Positions 25,366 to 36,985 of a stretch of DNA of 44,439 bases are shown one piece after another. The notes below the pieces were generated by a model, which was not told the DNA's origin, ran no database searches, and saw only the letters and a program-made list of their open reading frames with translations. The position numbers and the translations under genes are program-made. How positions within the stretch are numbered: the stretch's first letter is position 1; each line of letters begins with the position of its first letter. Source of the stretch: Balamuthia mandrillaris (taxonomy: Eukaryota); NCBI GenBank assembly GCA_031835245.2, contig JAVKOQ020000107.1, positions 124,001 through 168,439 of the forward strand. Reading direction: 5' to 3'.

Positions 25366-27337
25366 TTATGTTGGTTTGTGCAAAGAGCGAAGGGGTGGGA
25401 GTCTGGGTGGCCCGCCTGCGGGCTGCGCTGTGGCAGACAACGTTGTGAGCAACGACGGGAGCGTGGAGCTCGCCATGTTCGTTTGTGGTTTTTCTGAAGT
25501 GCTGTTGGGTGCTGGCGATGAGGCCGTAGAGTTGGTGGTTGTGGCTGCCGATGCAGCCACGTGAGCAAACGGGGAAGGCAAAACGAGAGAAGATAGAGGC
25601 ATGGACGACGATGAAGGAGACGATAGAGGAGATGAAGAAGATGTAGAAGAAGCAGACGAAGATGGAGCTCTTCCTCCTCCTGGAAGAAAGAGAGATGGTG
25701 GTAATACTTGGGATAGAGAAGCAGAAGACATTACTGTACCAGCAGCTGAACGAGACACTGAGAATGTTGGCAACAAGGCAGAGAGATGATGCTGAAGGAG
25801 CTGGTGGTGCTTGTGGTGAGCATGAGCGGTGCTGTGCATCGTTGTCGATGGTGTATTCAAAAGAGCAGTAGGAGAGAGCAAAGGTCGTGGCGCTATTGCA
25901 GCAGCCATAGAAGAGGAGGAAGCAGCCGAAGGAGGAGACGAAACAGGAGAAGCAGATACCGCCATTTGTTGCTGTTTCTTCAGCTTGGCTCGTTTGTTTT
26001 GAAACCATATCTGAACGCGACGAGGCGTCATGCCCAACTGTTCCCCTATCTTTACTCTCAGCTGATAGTTTGGCATTTGCTCCTTCTCGAAGACTTTGTC
26101 CAAGACCTCTAGTTGTGCCGGAGTTGTCCTCATTCTCTTCTTCTTCGCCAAAGAAGAAGAAGACGATGATGGAGAAGAAGGAGAAGCAGGCGAAGACTGT
26201 TCCTTCGATGTTTGTTGTTGCAAACTTGGTCGTGGTTTGAGACGCGGATGTTTGGAAGTAGAAGTCGCGGGTGAAGAAGGAGGAAGAAGAGGTGAAGCAG
26301 GGATGATGGTAGTTGCAGAGGAAGGGGTGAATGGAAGTGTGAATGGCGATGTCCCGCTTCCCTCCAACGAGGATGTGTCTACTTTGCCGATTTCTTGCTG
26401 CTGCTGCTGTTTTTCTTCCTCTTCTTCGCCTTCATCTTGTGATGAAGAAGCAAAAGGTGAAAATGATGGTGATGGCGTGGATGGCACGGGACTTTCTTCA
26501 TCTTCAAGCCCATGCCTTTCTTCAGCGCTAGTCAAGGAGGGAGTGCCCGGCGGAGTTCTAACCGGAGAAGAAGGCGTTTGCAGAGCCGCAAGGAACTCTG
26601 CTATCTCCATCACCTCTCTCTTGCTCCTACATTGAACAGCAAAAAAAAAAAGGGTAAGTTTTTGTTCAAGGTGCAAAAAAAAAAAACAAATGCGAGTAAT
26701 GAGATTTGAACCACCGCCCTCCGAGGCAATTTAGCCTCGGAATTTTCAGTGCTTTTTTTTGGGAAGAAATTCCGAGGCTAAACTTCCGATGAGGGAAGAA
26801 AATGGAGGGAGAGAGAGAAGTGGATAGTGCGGAGCGAGGGAGAAAAAGAAGTAGAGAAAAAGGGAAGAATGGAAAGAGAGAGAGAGTAAAAAAAAACGTA
26901 AATGGGAACAGAGGGAAAGAGAGGGAGATAAAATAAAACCATACGCTTTTTATGAAAAAAAAAACAAAACAAGAAAGGGAAATGGGGAAAGAGAGAGAGA
27001 GAGAAGGGAAAAAAAAGGTTTACCTTGTGGTGGCGTTTTTCGTGTTCTGAGGCGAGGAGGCGCTCGGAGTGTGGTGCCGCTTTCGGGGTGGCAGGGAGGA
27101 AGGGCTCTCCTCCCTGGCGGAGCCCGTTCGCCGGCGTTTGTGGGAGGAGCCAGCTCCGGGCGGGCTGGTGGGCGCGCTCAAGAAGTTGAGCGAGGCCTTG
27201 GAGGAGAGCTCCTGCAGGGCGGCAAACATGTTGGGGTGGCGGTGGTCCTTGTTCACCGTGGCTGGGGCGTCCTCCTCCAAAGGAAGAGAAGCCCCGCTCG
27301 TCCGACGCTTTGTCGCGCGCTTGGTGGTGTTGTGCAT
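25366..27337 (-). CDS. Homeodomain transcription factor; 2 exons (intron 26627-27023)
   Basis: KKKRMRTTPAQLEVLDKVFEKEQMPNYQLRVKIGEQLGMTPRRVQIWFQNKRAKLKK within S/P-rich sequence. Exon 1 joins in frame. Confidence 0.9.
26730..26782. repeat. Perfect 16-bp inverted repeat in the homeobox intron
   Basis: TTTAGCCTCGGAATTT (26730-26745) and AAATTCCGAGGCTAAA (26767-26782), 21-nt spacer. Confidence 0.9.
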
Positions 27338-27421
27338 TGTTTTTTGTCGGTTGCTTGGTGTGGTGTGTGTATGGTTTGTGAGTTTTTGGAGGAAATGATG
27401 TTATTTTTTTGAGGAATAGTT

Positions 27422-27439
27422 TTATTACGATCGTAATAA
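27422..27439. promoter_or_regulatory. 18-bp perfect palindrome upstream of the homeobox gene
   Basis: TTATTACGATCGTAATAA, about 85 nt upstream of ATG 27337. Regulatory role is inferred. Confidence 0.4.
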
Positions 27440-27848
27440 CGCGATAATATTTTTTGAAAAATTTAAATTGTCAGAATTTAAAAAATTCTCTATAAAAGGG
27501 CATTAAAGCCTAAATAAGGATTTCCACAAAATAATAAAATTACGAAATGGAAATATCGCAGAAATGATGGATTGTAAATTAGCCCATCGGGATATTTCCC
27601 ATTGGGTGTTGCCATGGCTACTGATATTAAACCGAAAATCAACGAAAACAAAACCAAAAATTGCTCTCATTTTCTTGGCTTTTGGTGCAATGTGCCTCGT
27701 GCGTGTGTGTGAGGTAGCAAGCGGGAAACCAACTTCCGTTTGCTCTGACGATACATCTGCAAGTCAAACCATTATTTTTTTTCTCCTCGTTGATATAAAA
27801 ATATTTATCGCAGAAGACTGTCTTTTTTTCCGTTCTTATTTTTTTTTT

Positions 27849-29286
27849 TTAGAGGTCGAGCCACATCATATCCTGAGCAATGAGAAACCCTTTCTCTCGC
27901 ACGAGTTGGGCTTCTACGCTCTCCTCGTCGCATAGCGGGTTGGTGTGATTGAGGTGAGTGAGCAGGATCCTCTTCTTCTGGTGCTCTGCCAGCAGGAAGG
28001 GCTCAAAGTGTTCGATGGAGGAGGTGACGAGAGGGTGTGGCACTTCTTTCATGTCCCTTCCATCCAATTCTGTCTCGCTGAAGAAAGTTGCATCGACCAT
28101 GCAGGTGCTGTGAGCGGTAATGGCCTGTATAGCGGCCAACGAGAGAGAGAGAGAGAGAGAAGAGAGAAATTTGAGAAAAACAAAGAACAGGAACGAAAAC
28201 AAACTGAAAGAAAGAAGAAAGAAGGTGGAACCTCATGAAAACGGTTCCATTGAGACCATGAATCAATGTCTGGGATGTAAAGAAGGGTGTCATTGATGGA
28301 CACGCCAACCGTGTCGGTGTACTCGCCTCGGTGTGGCACTTGATAGAGCTTCACACGAAGACCTTCCCATGGGCTAAACTCATATTCAGTAGGTTCGACA
28401 GCTAGTGACGGAAAGAAATAAGCACCGGACGAATGAGAGAGAGAGAGAGAGAACAAGAATGAGAGAAACACAGAAGAGAAAGATAACCCACCTTCTTCAT
28501 TATCAGGAATAGGTCGAATAGGATGGAGTTGAATGTTTTTCAGTCTGTTTGAAGCAACATAGAGAGTGAGGTACAAAGAGGTAAGCAAAGAGGGACAAGA
28601 CATGATAGACAAGGGAAGCTGGAAGAGAAGAGAGGCGGAAGAAAGCGGCAACAAGTATACAGAAACCTTACAAGCAGCTCCCATGGAGCGTTTCTCTCTA
28701 AGAACGTGCACATGGAGGGAGTGGCGTAGACAGGCAGCTCCTGCGAGGCCGCAGCCTCCCTGCCAAAGTGAACGAGGCCGGCATAGTGCCCCATATGGGC
28801 ATGCGTCAGTACCACGGCGTCATAAGGGTTCCTCTTGCTTCTCCTCTCAGAAGAAGCAGCAGCAACAGCAGAAGAAGAAGAAGAAGAAGAAGAAGAAGAA
28901 GAAGAAGAAGAAGAAGAAGAAGAAGAAGAAGAAGAACAAGAAGAAGAAAGACAAGAGAAGAGACGGTCCGTTTGTTGTTTGATATCGGGAGAGACGTCGA
29001 TGAGCAAAGTCTTGCCCACACGTCCATCCAACACACAAACGGAAGGGCCTAGCCTCACTCTCTCTGGGCAAAGCCTTGCCTCGACGTCCCTCTTGTGGTG
29101 TGAGCCCATTTGTGGAAGTCCTCCATCCTTATATCATTATTATTTTTTTTAAAAAAAACACACATAACAAAATGGATGAATATTGTTTTAAAACAAAAGC
29201 ATGACATGAGTAGTAGGTACCTGAGCGCTTCCAAGCACCACGACGCGAAGGGAGGAACCACCCGACCGATGCTCTTGTTCTTCCAT
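27849..29286 (-). CDS. PqqB-like metallo-beta-lactamase-fold protein of bacterial type; multi-exon
   Basis: Spliced VVVLGSAQ|DGGLPQMG, LLIDVSPDI, LTHAHMGHYAGLVHFGREA, VPHRGEYTDTVG, LYIPDIDSW, VDATFFSETEL, VPHP, LTHLNHTNP. Poly-Ser insert before the metal motif. Confidence 0.85.
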
Positions 29287-29681
29287 TCTTTATTTTTTTG
29301 TTCCATTGTGTGCCTTTATTTGTCGACTTGGAACAATTTTCATTTCCATGGAGTGTACTTTTCCCCCACTGTCTTTTGTCCATCCAGATCCATACATTTT
29401 ACACTCCCTCAGACTTGGACCGGATCGGCCCCCTACCATTACGCTGAACAAACAAAAGAAAGAAAGGAAGGAGACAACAAAGACAACGAGGCCTGCGTGC
29501 TCTCCTGCTTGCTCTCTTCCCATTTTTTTTTGAAGGTTCGTTACATGTGGTAACGAACACTCACCACCCACCCGCTGGAGTACAAAGCCTGAGCAACCCC
29601 CATCATAGCAAGAGCGCAAAAGCTCAGCAACAACATAGCAGCAGCAACAACCACGTTGGAAGAAAAAACTCCCCTTCTAGG

Positions 29682-30229
29682 ATGATGAGCTCTCCGCCCC
29701 CGCTCTCCTCCTCCTCCTCCTCCTCGCCGGGCGCTTCCCCTTCCTCCCCTCCCGCTTTGGCACGGTTGGCCGAGGTAGGAGCAGGAGGAGGAAGGAAGCG
29801 CTCCAGCAGCAGCATCACCAGCGACCACCACCGCAAGCACACCAACAAAACCAACAAGAACTCCGTTGTCGTCTTTGAGGAGGAGGCCTTGCGGCCGCTG
29901 TTCCATGAGGGCAGCCACTCGCACGGAGGCGAGGCGCAGACAACGACAACGACAACAACAACGCTCTCCCAAAGAAGAAAGTCCTTCAACAACGGTCCCA
30001 ACGGCTCTCGAACCTCCACCTCGCCCCCTCCGCCTGGTTCTTCTTCTTCATCAAATGCTTCAGCTGGTCCTGCTTCGACGAGCGGCGGAGGAGGGGGAGG
30101 ACCCAAGGCCTTGGTAAGTCCGCCGAGAGGACCGCGCCTTGTTGACCTTTCCTCGGAGGTAAACTTAACGCTTTTGTCATCGCTCCGCAAACGCTTTTTT
30201 CTTCTTCCTCTTCTCTTTTGTTTTGCAGC

Positions 30230-30262
<33 letters not shown>

Positions 30263-31774
30263 TCTCTCTCTCTCTCGTTCTCTCTTTCTCTCTCGCGTGT
30301 CTCCTTTGTTCTCTTGCTCTCTTTTCTATTCGGTTCTGTTCTTGTTCTAAATGTTTTTTCTCCCGGTGTAAAAACAAAAAGAAGGAGAGGCAGCCGCAAC
30401 CACCGGTCAAGGCCAAGGCTTCTCCATTAGTGGAGCCAAAGATGCACCGGCCCGTCACATCTGCCTCTGCTTTATCCACTTCCCTTGCTTCTCCTTCCTC
30501 TTCTTCCTCTGCGCCTTCCTCTTCATCCTCCTCCTCTTCCTCGTCCTCCTCCTCCTCCTCGTCGCTATCTTCCTCTCGCAATGAGAATACAGGCAACAAC
30601 AACAATAACGACAACAACAACATGAGCTCTGACTTTGGAGGGACAAGAAAAAGAAAGAACGGACCAACGAACAACCGTTGGACACCAAGGCCCGGCTCCA
30701 CCATGCATCCTGCCCGGCCGCTCTATCGTTGGCTGGTTCTCATTTTTGCATGCCAACCCATCTTTGCTTCTTACTTTGCCGATCAAGGCATCGGTTCGTT
30801 CTGCTCACCTCTTTATCTTCTTCTGTCCTTGTTCTCTCCTCTTACTCACATGCATTTGAAAAACAGGAGCCACAGTGCCACTCTTAAGTACGTAGTTTTA
30901 TTGCCCTGTGCTAGCCATTTCTTTCTGAAGTTGCTCCATTTTTTTCACACCGGTTTAAACTGTTGCTTTTCTCACTCTTTCATACATTTCATTTCTCCCA
31001 GAAAAAGAGTTTGGCATCTCAACAACGCAAATAGGAGTATTATGGGGAGTGGCGGGATGGCCTTCTCTGTTGCTCTCCCCACTGGCTGGTGTGATGGTGG
31101 CCAAGTATGGCACCCGAACTACCAGCTTGGTGTGCAACTTTCTCACTTTTTTGGGGAGTGTCATCTTTGCAGTAGCGCCAAACTTTTGGGTGATGGTATT
31201 GGGAAGAGCTATTTATGGTCTTGGGCTTGATCCTTCTTATGTATGTTTCCCTTTTTCTTTCTTCCCTTCTATCTATTGGCATTGACTTTCTCATGTCTTA
31301 TGCATTCTCTCTCTTTTCGCCTGTTCTTCATTCTCTGTTTATTTAAAAAAAGGTTATATCAGACACGATTATAGCGCGGTGGTTCTCGGAGGGACGTGGA
31401 CGAACAGCATCACCCTCCTTGCCGGTAGCCTACAGCTTCCTTACTGCGATAGGTGAGTTTGGTGAGGTGCTGGGCCTCAACATTCTCCCATTGGTGGCAC
31501 TGTGGAGCCTTCGTGGCACCTTCATTCTCGGAAGCTTCACTCTCCTTCTTGGAGTGCTGTTCAACCTGTTGTACAATATAATGGACTACAAAGCAGCACC
31601 AGTGTTGGGACTGGATGACGACGCGGAGGCAGCTGACTTTTCTCTGGCTCGGGTGGCTAAGTTTCCGCGCATCTTTTGGTTGCTATGCCTAGTCAGCTTC
31701 TTCTCCTACTCTCAAGTTTGGCCGGTGGTCGCTTTCACAACAGGTTTGCAAAACAAGAGAGAACAAAGAAAAGA

Positions 31775-31822
<48 letters not shown>

Positions 31823-32156
31823 TGAGCATGAGGAGCAGAACAGAAAAGAGGAGAAATGCTAATCTTTCGCTTTTAAGATTTTATTCACAGCGAATACGAT
31901 TACTCCTTGAATGAGGCAGGCCACTTGACCAGCATCGTCTTTGCTGTGCCTCTCGTTCTCTCTCCTCTGCTGGGTTTTCTCCTGCAAAAGTTTGTGGTGT
32001 ATACTTTGGTACTTCTGGTGGGTGCTCTCCTGTTGATGGCCGGTCTCCTCATGTTTGCCTTGGGAGCCTCCAATCCCGTTTTTCCTCTACTCGTCATTAG
32101 TCTTAGTTTCACTTTGGTATATTTTTTTGTTCTCTACTCTCTCTTCCTCCTTCCCT

Positions 32157-32207
<51 letters not shown>

Positions 32208-32702
32208 GTTTAACGAAACATTTGGCATAATTAAAAGATGCCATGCGGGGTATGGCCATCTATTCCATTGGTGACGCCGCCTGAGATGACCGGCACCGCT
32301 TTCGGCATTCTTACCGTCACCCAGAGCCTCTGCTTCATCGTGGTGCCGGTTCTCATCGGCCTCTTCCACGAGCATTACGGCTCCTACACCTATCCGTTCC
32401 TCTTCTTGGCGGGCATGGCGTGCTTTGGCTTCCTGCTCAGCCTGGCGACCTTCCTCTTGGACCTCTTCTCCGACCGCAGCAACCTCTTCAACCTTCATTC
32501 CTCCTCCTCCTCCGCCTCCTCCTCTGCTTACCTGTCCTCCTCCAAGAGAAAGAAGAACAAGATGCGGCGAAGATTGTTGGATGGAAAGGACTATGGAGAG
32601 CTGGAAGTGGAGGAGATGGATTACGAGCTGGAGGAACCGCCGGCCATCCTGTCGGAGGAGCTCCTTGAGGCAGCCGAGGAACCGCCAATGGTCATGGGCT
32701 AG
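29682..32702 (+). CDS. Major facilitator superfamily transporter, MFSD1-like; multi-exon
   Basis: Long disordered N-terminus, HPARPLYRWLVLIFAC...FASYF, LAGVMVAKYGTR, VLGRAIYGLG, ARWF, WPSIPLVTPPEMTGTAFG. Acidic tail with EPPAIL/EELL. Start codon tentative. Confidence 0.82.
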
Positions 32703-33042
32703 GCCTTACCCACTCTCCCTCTCCTCAAACAACAAAAAAACTGTTTTTATATTTTTTTTTAATTTTATTTAACAAAAAAATAAAAAAATTTTATGGCCGA
32801 TTTGTGCACAATTTGTTCAACAAATGACAAGCATTGGTTTGTGGTCCACGTCAGCAGGGCGTGATGAAAAACTGGTCATGATGAGATCAGCATGTGCACG
32901 TAACGCTGGTCAACATGTGTTCAAAACTCGCTCCAATGGTGGTCAATTCCAGCAGAAAGAACGTCGACACAAAAGAAACAAAGGAAGCAAACAGCGAAAG
33001 GAAGAAGCAGAAGCCAAAAGGAGCTGAAAAGAAAAGAAAAGG

Positions 33043-35036
33043 ATGTCACGGCAGAGCGCCTCCTCCTCCGTTTGTTGTTGTTGCCGCCGCCTCTCGCTGC
33101 GTTGGTTGCTGTTCCTGGCGGTACTGTCGGTGACCACCACCACGGCCACTACGTTGCCGTGGGAGAGCCTCTACCTCTCGGTGCCCACCGCGGAGAGCGC
33201 CAAGGACCACCTTGCGGCCTACACAGCGGTGCCGCACATGGCTGGCACCATACACGACTATTCTACTGCTGTTTATACCAAAGAGAAGGTTATTCGTTTT
33301 TTTTTTTTGAAGTTTTTTCATCCCATCCGCTCTGACTTTATACTATTCTTTTGTTGAAAACAAAAGTTGATCAGTTATGGATTGGAACAAGTGGAGATTG
33401 TAGAGTTTACTGCAGAGCTGAACTACCCGGAGGAACGGATGCTTAAACTGGTGGCCCCTGCGGATAAAAAGTTTGTTCTTATTTCTTCACTCTCTTTTTC
33501 TCTACTCTCTCCCTCTCCTTGTCTCTATGCTTCTCTGCTTCTCTTCTTTCATAGGAAGGTTTTGTTTGTAAACTTTTTTTCCTCACAATGGCTTTAACAG
33601 GTACACAGCAAAGTTGGAAGAGCAAGAGGTGGCGGCGGACCCGAGCTCTTCTCATCCTGATATTGTTCCTACCTTCAATGCATACTCACCTTCAGGCGAC
33701 GTTGAAGGCGAACTGGTAAACTCTGCTTCTTGTTGCTCTGCTTGTGGTTGGGGTTGTGGTTGTGGTTGTGGTTGTGGTTGTGGTTGTGGTTGTGGTTGTG
33801 GTTGTGCTTGTGCTTGTGCTTGTGCTTGTGCTTGTGGTTGTGGTTGTGGTTGTGGTTGTGCTTGTGCTTGTGGTTGTGCTTGTGCTTGTGCTTGTGCTTG
33901 TGCTTGTGCTTGTGCTTGTGCTTGTGCTTGTGCTTGTGCTTGTGCTTGTGCTTGTGGTTGTGCTTGTGCTTGTGCTTGTGCTTGTGCTTGTGGTTGTGCT
34001 TGTGCTTGTGCTTGTGCTTGTGCTTGTGCTTGTGCTTGTGCTTGTGCTTGTGCTTGTGCTTGTTGTTCTTTTCCTTGTCGTTCAGCTTGCCTCTAACCAA
34101 TGCAAAGGTGTATGCCAATTACGGAAGAGAACAAGACTTTGCGTTGCTTAAAGAACGTGGTATTGAGGTCAAAGATCGAATCGTCCTTGTTCGCTATGGA
34201 CATGTCTATCGAGGTACTCTCATCCTTCTTTTCTCTCTTCTCTCTTCTCTTCTCTCTCTCTCATCTAATGACATTCTATATTATTGCTACTTTGTTTTTC
34301 CTAATACACGTCTTTAAGGTGTTAAGGTGATGTTAGCACAACAGGCTGGAGCTAAAGGTGTCCTTATATACTCTGACCCTGCTGATGATGGGTTTGAACC
34401 TTTTCATCTAGTTTTCACTCTTTGTTTTTGCTTTATTTACTTTGTCTTTGGCTGTTCACGCAACAAACAGAGCGCACAAAGGACAAGTCTATCCAGAAGG
34501 ACCATGGCGACCATCATCCGGCGTTCAGCGTGGCTCTGTCCAGTTCCTTCCCATCTGCCCAGGAGACCCCAATCAGCAGCGAGTGAAGAAGATGTGTCTC
34601 AACGAGGACACTCCCTTCAATCAAACCATTCCTTACATTCCCGTTCAGCCCATCTCCGCTGAAGATGCTGCTCCCCTATTGAATGCTCTCGCAGCAGACG
34701 ACGTCGAAGAACGTGCCAACTCTTCTTCCTCCTCGTCCTCTTCGTCCTCTTCTTCCTCTTCTTCGAATTCAACATCATCATCGTCATCATTATCATCTTC
34801 CGCATCGAGTGATGATGATAATGAGTATTTTCCTGCAAGCTGGCACGGAGCTATCCCTGGAGTGAACTACACTTTTGGTCCGGGTCCGGCTCGTGTTCAC
34901 CTAAAGCTGAAAATGCGCCATGAGGACCAGGCGAAGATTTGGAATGTCTTTGGAAGGATTAAAGGCTCTTCTCATCCTGATGAGTGGGTCATCATTGGAA
35001 ATCACCGTGATGCTTGGGTCTTTGGTGCTGGTGTGG

Positions 35037-35089
<53 letters not shown>

Positions 35090-36553
35090 TCCCTCTATAC
35101 TCCTTTTTTTAACAATTAAAAAATGAACAGTGGACCCATCATCGGGGTCAGCAGCAATGTTGGAAGTGGCCAAAGGATTGGGAGAGCTGTTGAAGAGAGG
35201 ATGGCGTCCAGCACGGACCATCTTGCTTTGTTCATGGGATGCCGAAGAGTACGGTTTGGTTGGTTCGACATGGTATGGCGAAAAGTTTGCGAAAGAACTC
35301 TCTAGAAAGGCTGTCGCATACTTGAACATGGACACTGGTGATTAGTGCTTGTTTGTTTGTTTGTTTGTTTGTTTGTTTGTTTGTTTGTTTGTTTTTGCCT
35401 TTCAAATTTTTGACTCTTATATCTCTCTGGCAGCGATAAGTGGAGCTACTTTGCACGTGGCAGCAACACCCTCGTTGGTGCCAATCATACGAACTGTGGT
35501 GAAGGACATTCCAAATCCAGCCACTAACAATGGAAGTATTACTTGGGACTCCAAGGTCGCTGTTCTTGGTTCCGGCTCTGGTACTTTCTTCGTTCATTTC
35601 TGCTTTATTCCTTTCCTTTGTCCTTCTTCTCCTGTTGCTTACCGCCAGTCCTACATTATGATTAACGCAGATTACACCGTCTTCTTGCACCATCTGGGCA
35701 TTCCCTGTTCTGACTTTTCATTCTCGGGCCACTACGGCGTCTACCACTCAATCTACGACAGCTTCACATGGGTTAGCCGCTTTGGAGATCCCACCTTCTC
35801 CCACTTCAGGGCTGCCGCTCAAATCTGGGGATTGCTGGCTCTGCGTTTGGCCCAACCGTTAATCCTCCCCCTCGACTTTGTGGACTATGCTCAGGCCATG
35901 CAGCATTACGCAGACGAGGTGGAGGCTCTTCTCGTCAGCACGAACTCCACCCATGAAGTTCCTACCCTGCAAAACCTGCGCGACGCCGTGGCCGACTTTT
36001 ATGCCATAGCAAGATTGATGGAGAAGCAGAAGGGGACGTTGCATGAGAGACTCGTGGCTGAGACTCCCGACTGGACCGAGCAGAGGCGGCATAATGCCAC
36101 GATGGAGGACTTGTCGGAAGAGTTGCAAAAGGACATCACCGTATATAACTTTAGGGTCAGAATGGCGGAGAGACAATTTCTTGCTCCGAAGGGGCTTTAC
36201 CGAAGGCCTTGGTACCTCCTTCCCTCTCTTCTCCAATTCTTTTCATCCCGCTCTTTTCTTATTTCTTTCTTTCTTTGTGGTTTAATGATGTATACTAAAA
36301 TAAATTGCAGGTACAAACATGTGGTGCAAGCGCCAGGCATATATGAAGGGTACGCTCCGGAGACGTTCCCAGGCTTGCTGCAAGCCATCCGCGAGTTCAA
36401 CTGGCAAGAAGCTGCAGCCCAAATAGAGCTTTTGGAGAGCAGAATAGATCTTGCCGGCGAATTCTTGCTTGAAGGTTTCTTTTCATATTTTTTCTCATTT
36501 TCCATTCTCTTTGTTATGCTCTCTGCTCTCTGCTCGCTCTCTCTCTGCTCTCT

Positions 36554-36599
<46 letters not shown>

Positions 36600-36912
36600 T
36601 CTCTCTTCTCATTCCTTATTTGGAACAGGGGAAGATGAGTATCAAGAATACAAGAAGCCCTCAGCAGGAGCGATCCTGGCGGCAACGGCCTGGGCTCTCA
36701 TCTCTTTGGGCGGCGTCATCGCCTTGGTCGCTTTCTTCTTCTATCGTTTGCTCCACCACAAGCCCGCCTACCAAACCTACGGCCAAGAAGACATTGCCCT
36801 CACCTCTTTATCCATCGGTGAGAATGGCGCTTCTTCCTCATCATCCTCCTTAAACAACACATCCACAAGGGATCGTTATAGCAGCGACGACGACGAGGAG
36901 GAAGAAGATTAA
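33043..36912 (+). CDS. Glutamate carboxypeptidase II / PSMA family peptidase (M28B) with N-terminal signal and C-terminal TM helix; about 11 exons
   Basis: PHMAGT, PA domain [24 protein letters not shown]; metal/catalytic motifs [40 protein letters not shown]; dimerisation domain [10 protein letters not shown]. Confidence 0.93.
33743..34060. repeat. 53-unit hexamer array (TGTGCT/TGTGGT) inside intron 33716-34107
   Basis: 318 nt of two interspersed variants. The flanking exons join as [13 protein letters not shown]. Confidence 0.95.
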
Positions 36913-36985
36913 AAGGAACTATAACACCATTATAGCAAAAAGGATTTGAGTTTATCTTATATTTATACAGCTTTCTCTTTATTGT

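Noticed and set aside
28768..29152. Poly-R, -K, -E, -L and -F ORFs, and similar RERERE/SLSLSL ORFs across the window
   Set aside because: Alternative-frame or antisense readings of (GAA)n and (GA)n microsatellites.
19135..29286. Bacterial contamination, or a transferred mer or pqq operon
   Set aside because: Both bacterial-type genes have spliceosomal introns, lie about 8 kb apart among eukaryotic genes, and lack operon partners.
32861..33027. GTGATGA/ATGATGA C-box-like motifs as a C/D snoRNA
   Set aside because: No suitably placed D box with terminal stem or recognisable guide; the region is the peptidase promoter/5' UTR.
33743..34060. Hexamer array as CRISPR, telomere or independent poly-VL/poly-HK gene
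   Set aside because: No spacers or cas genes; it sits inside a clean intron, and the open frames follow from a stop-free unit.
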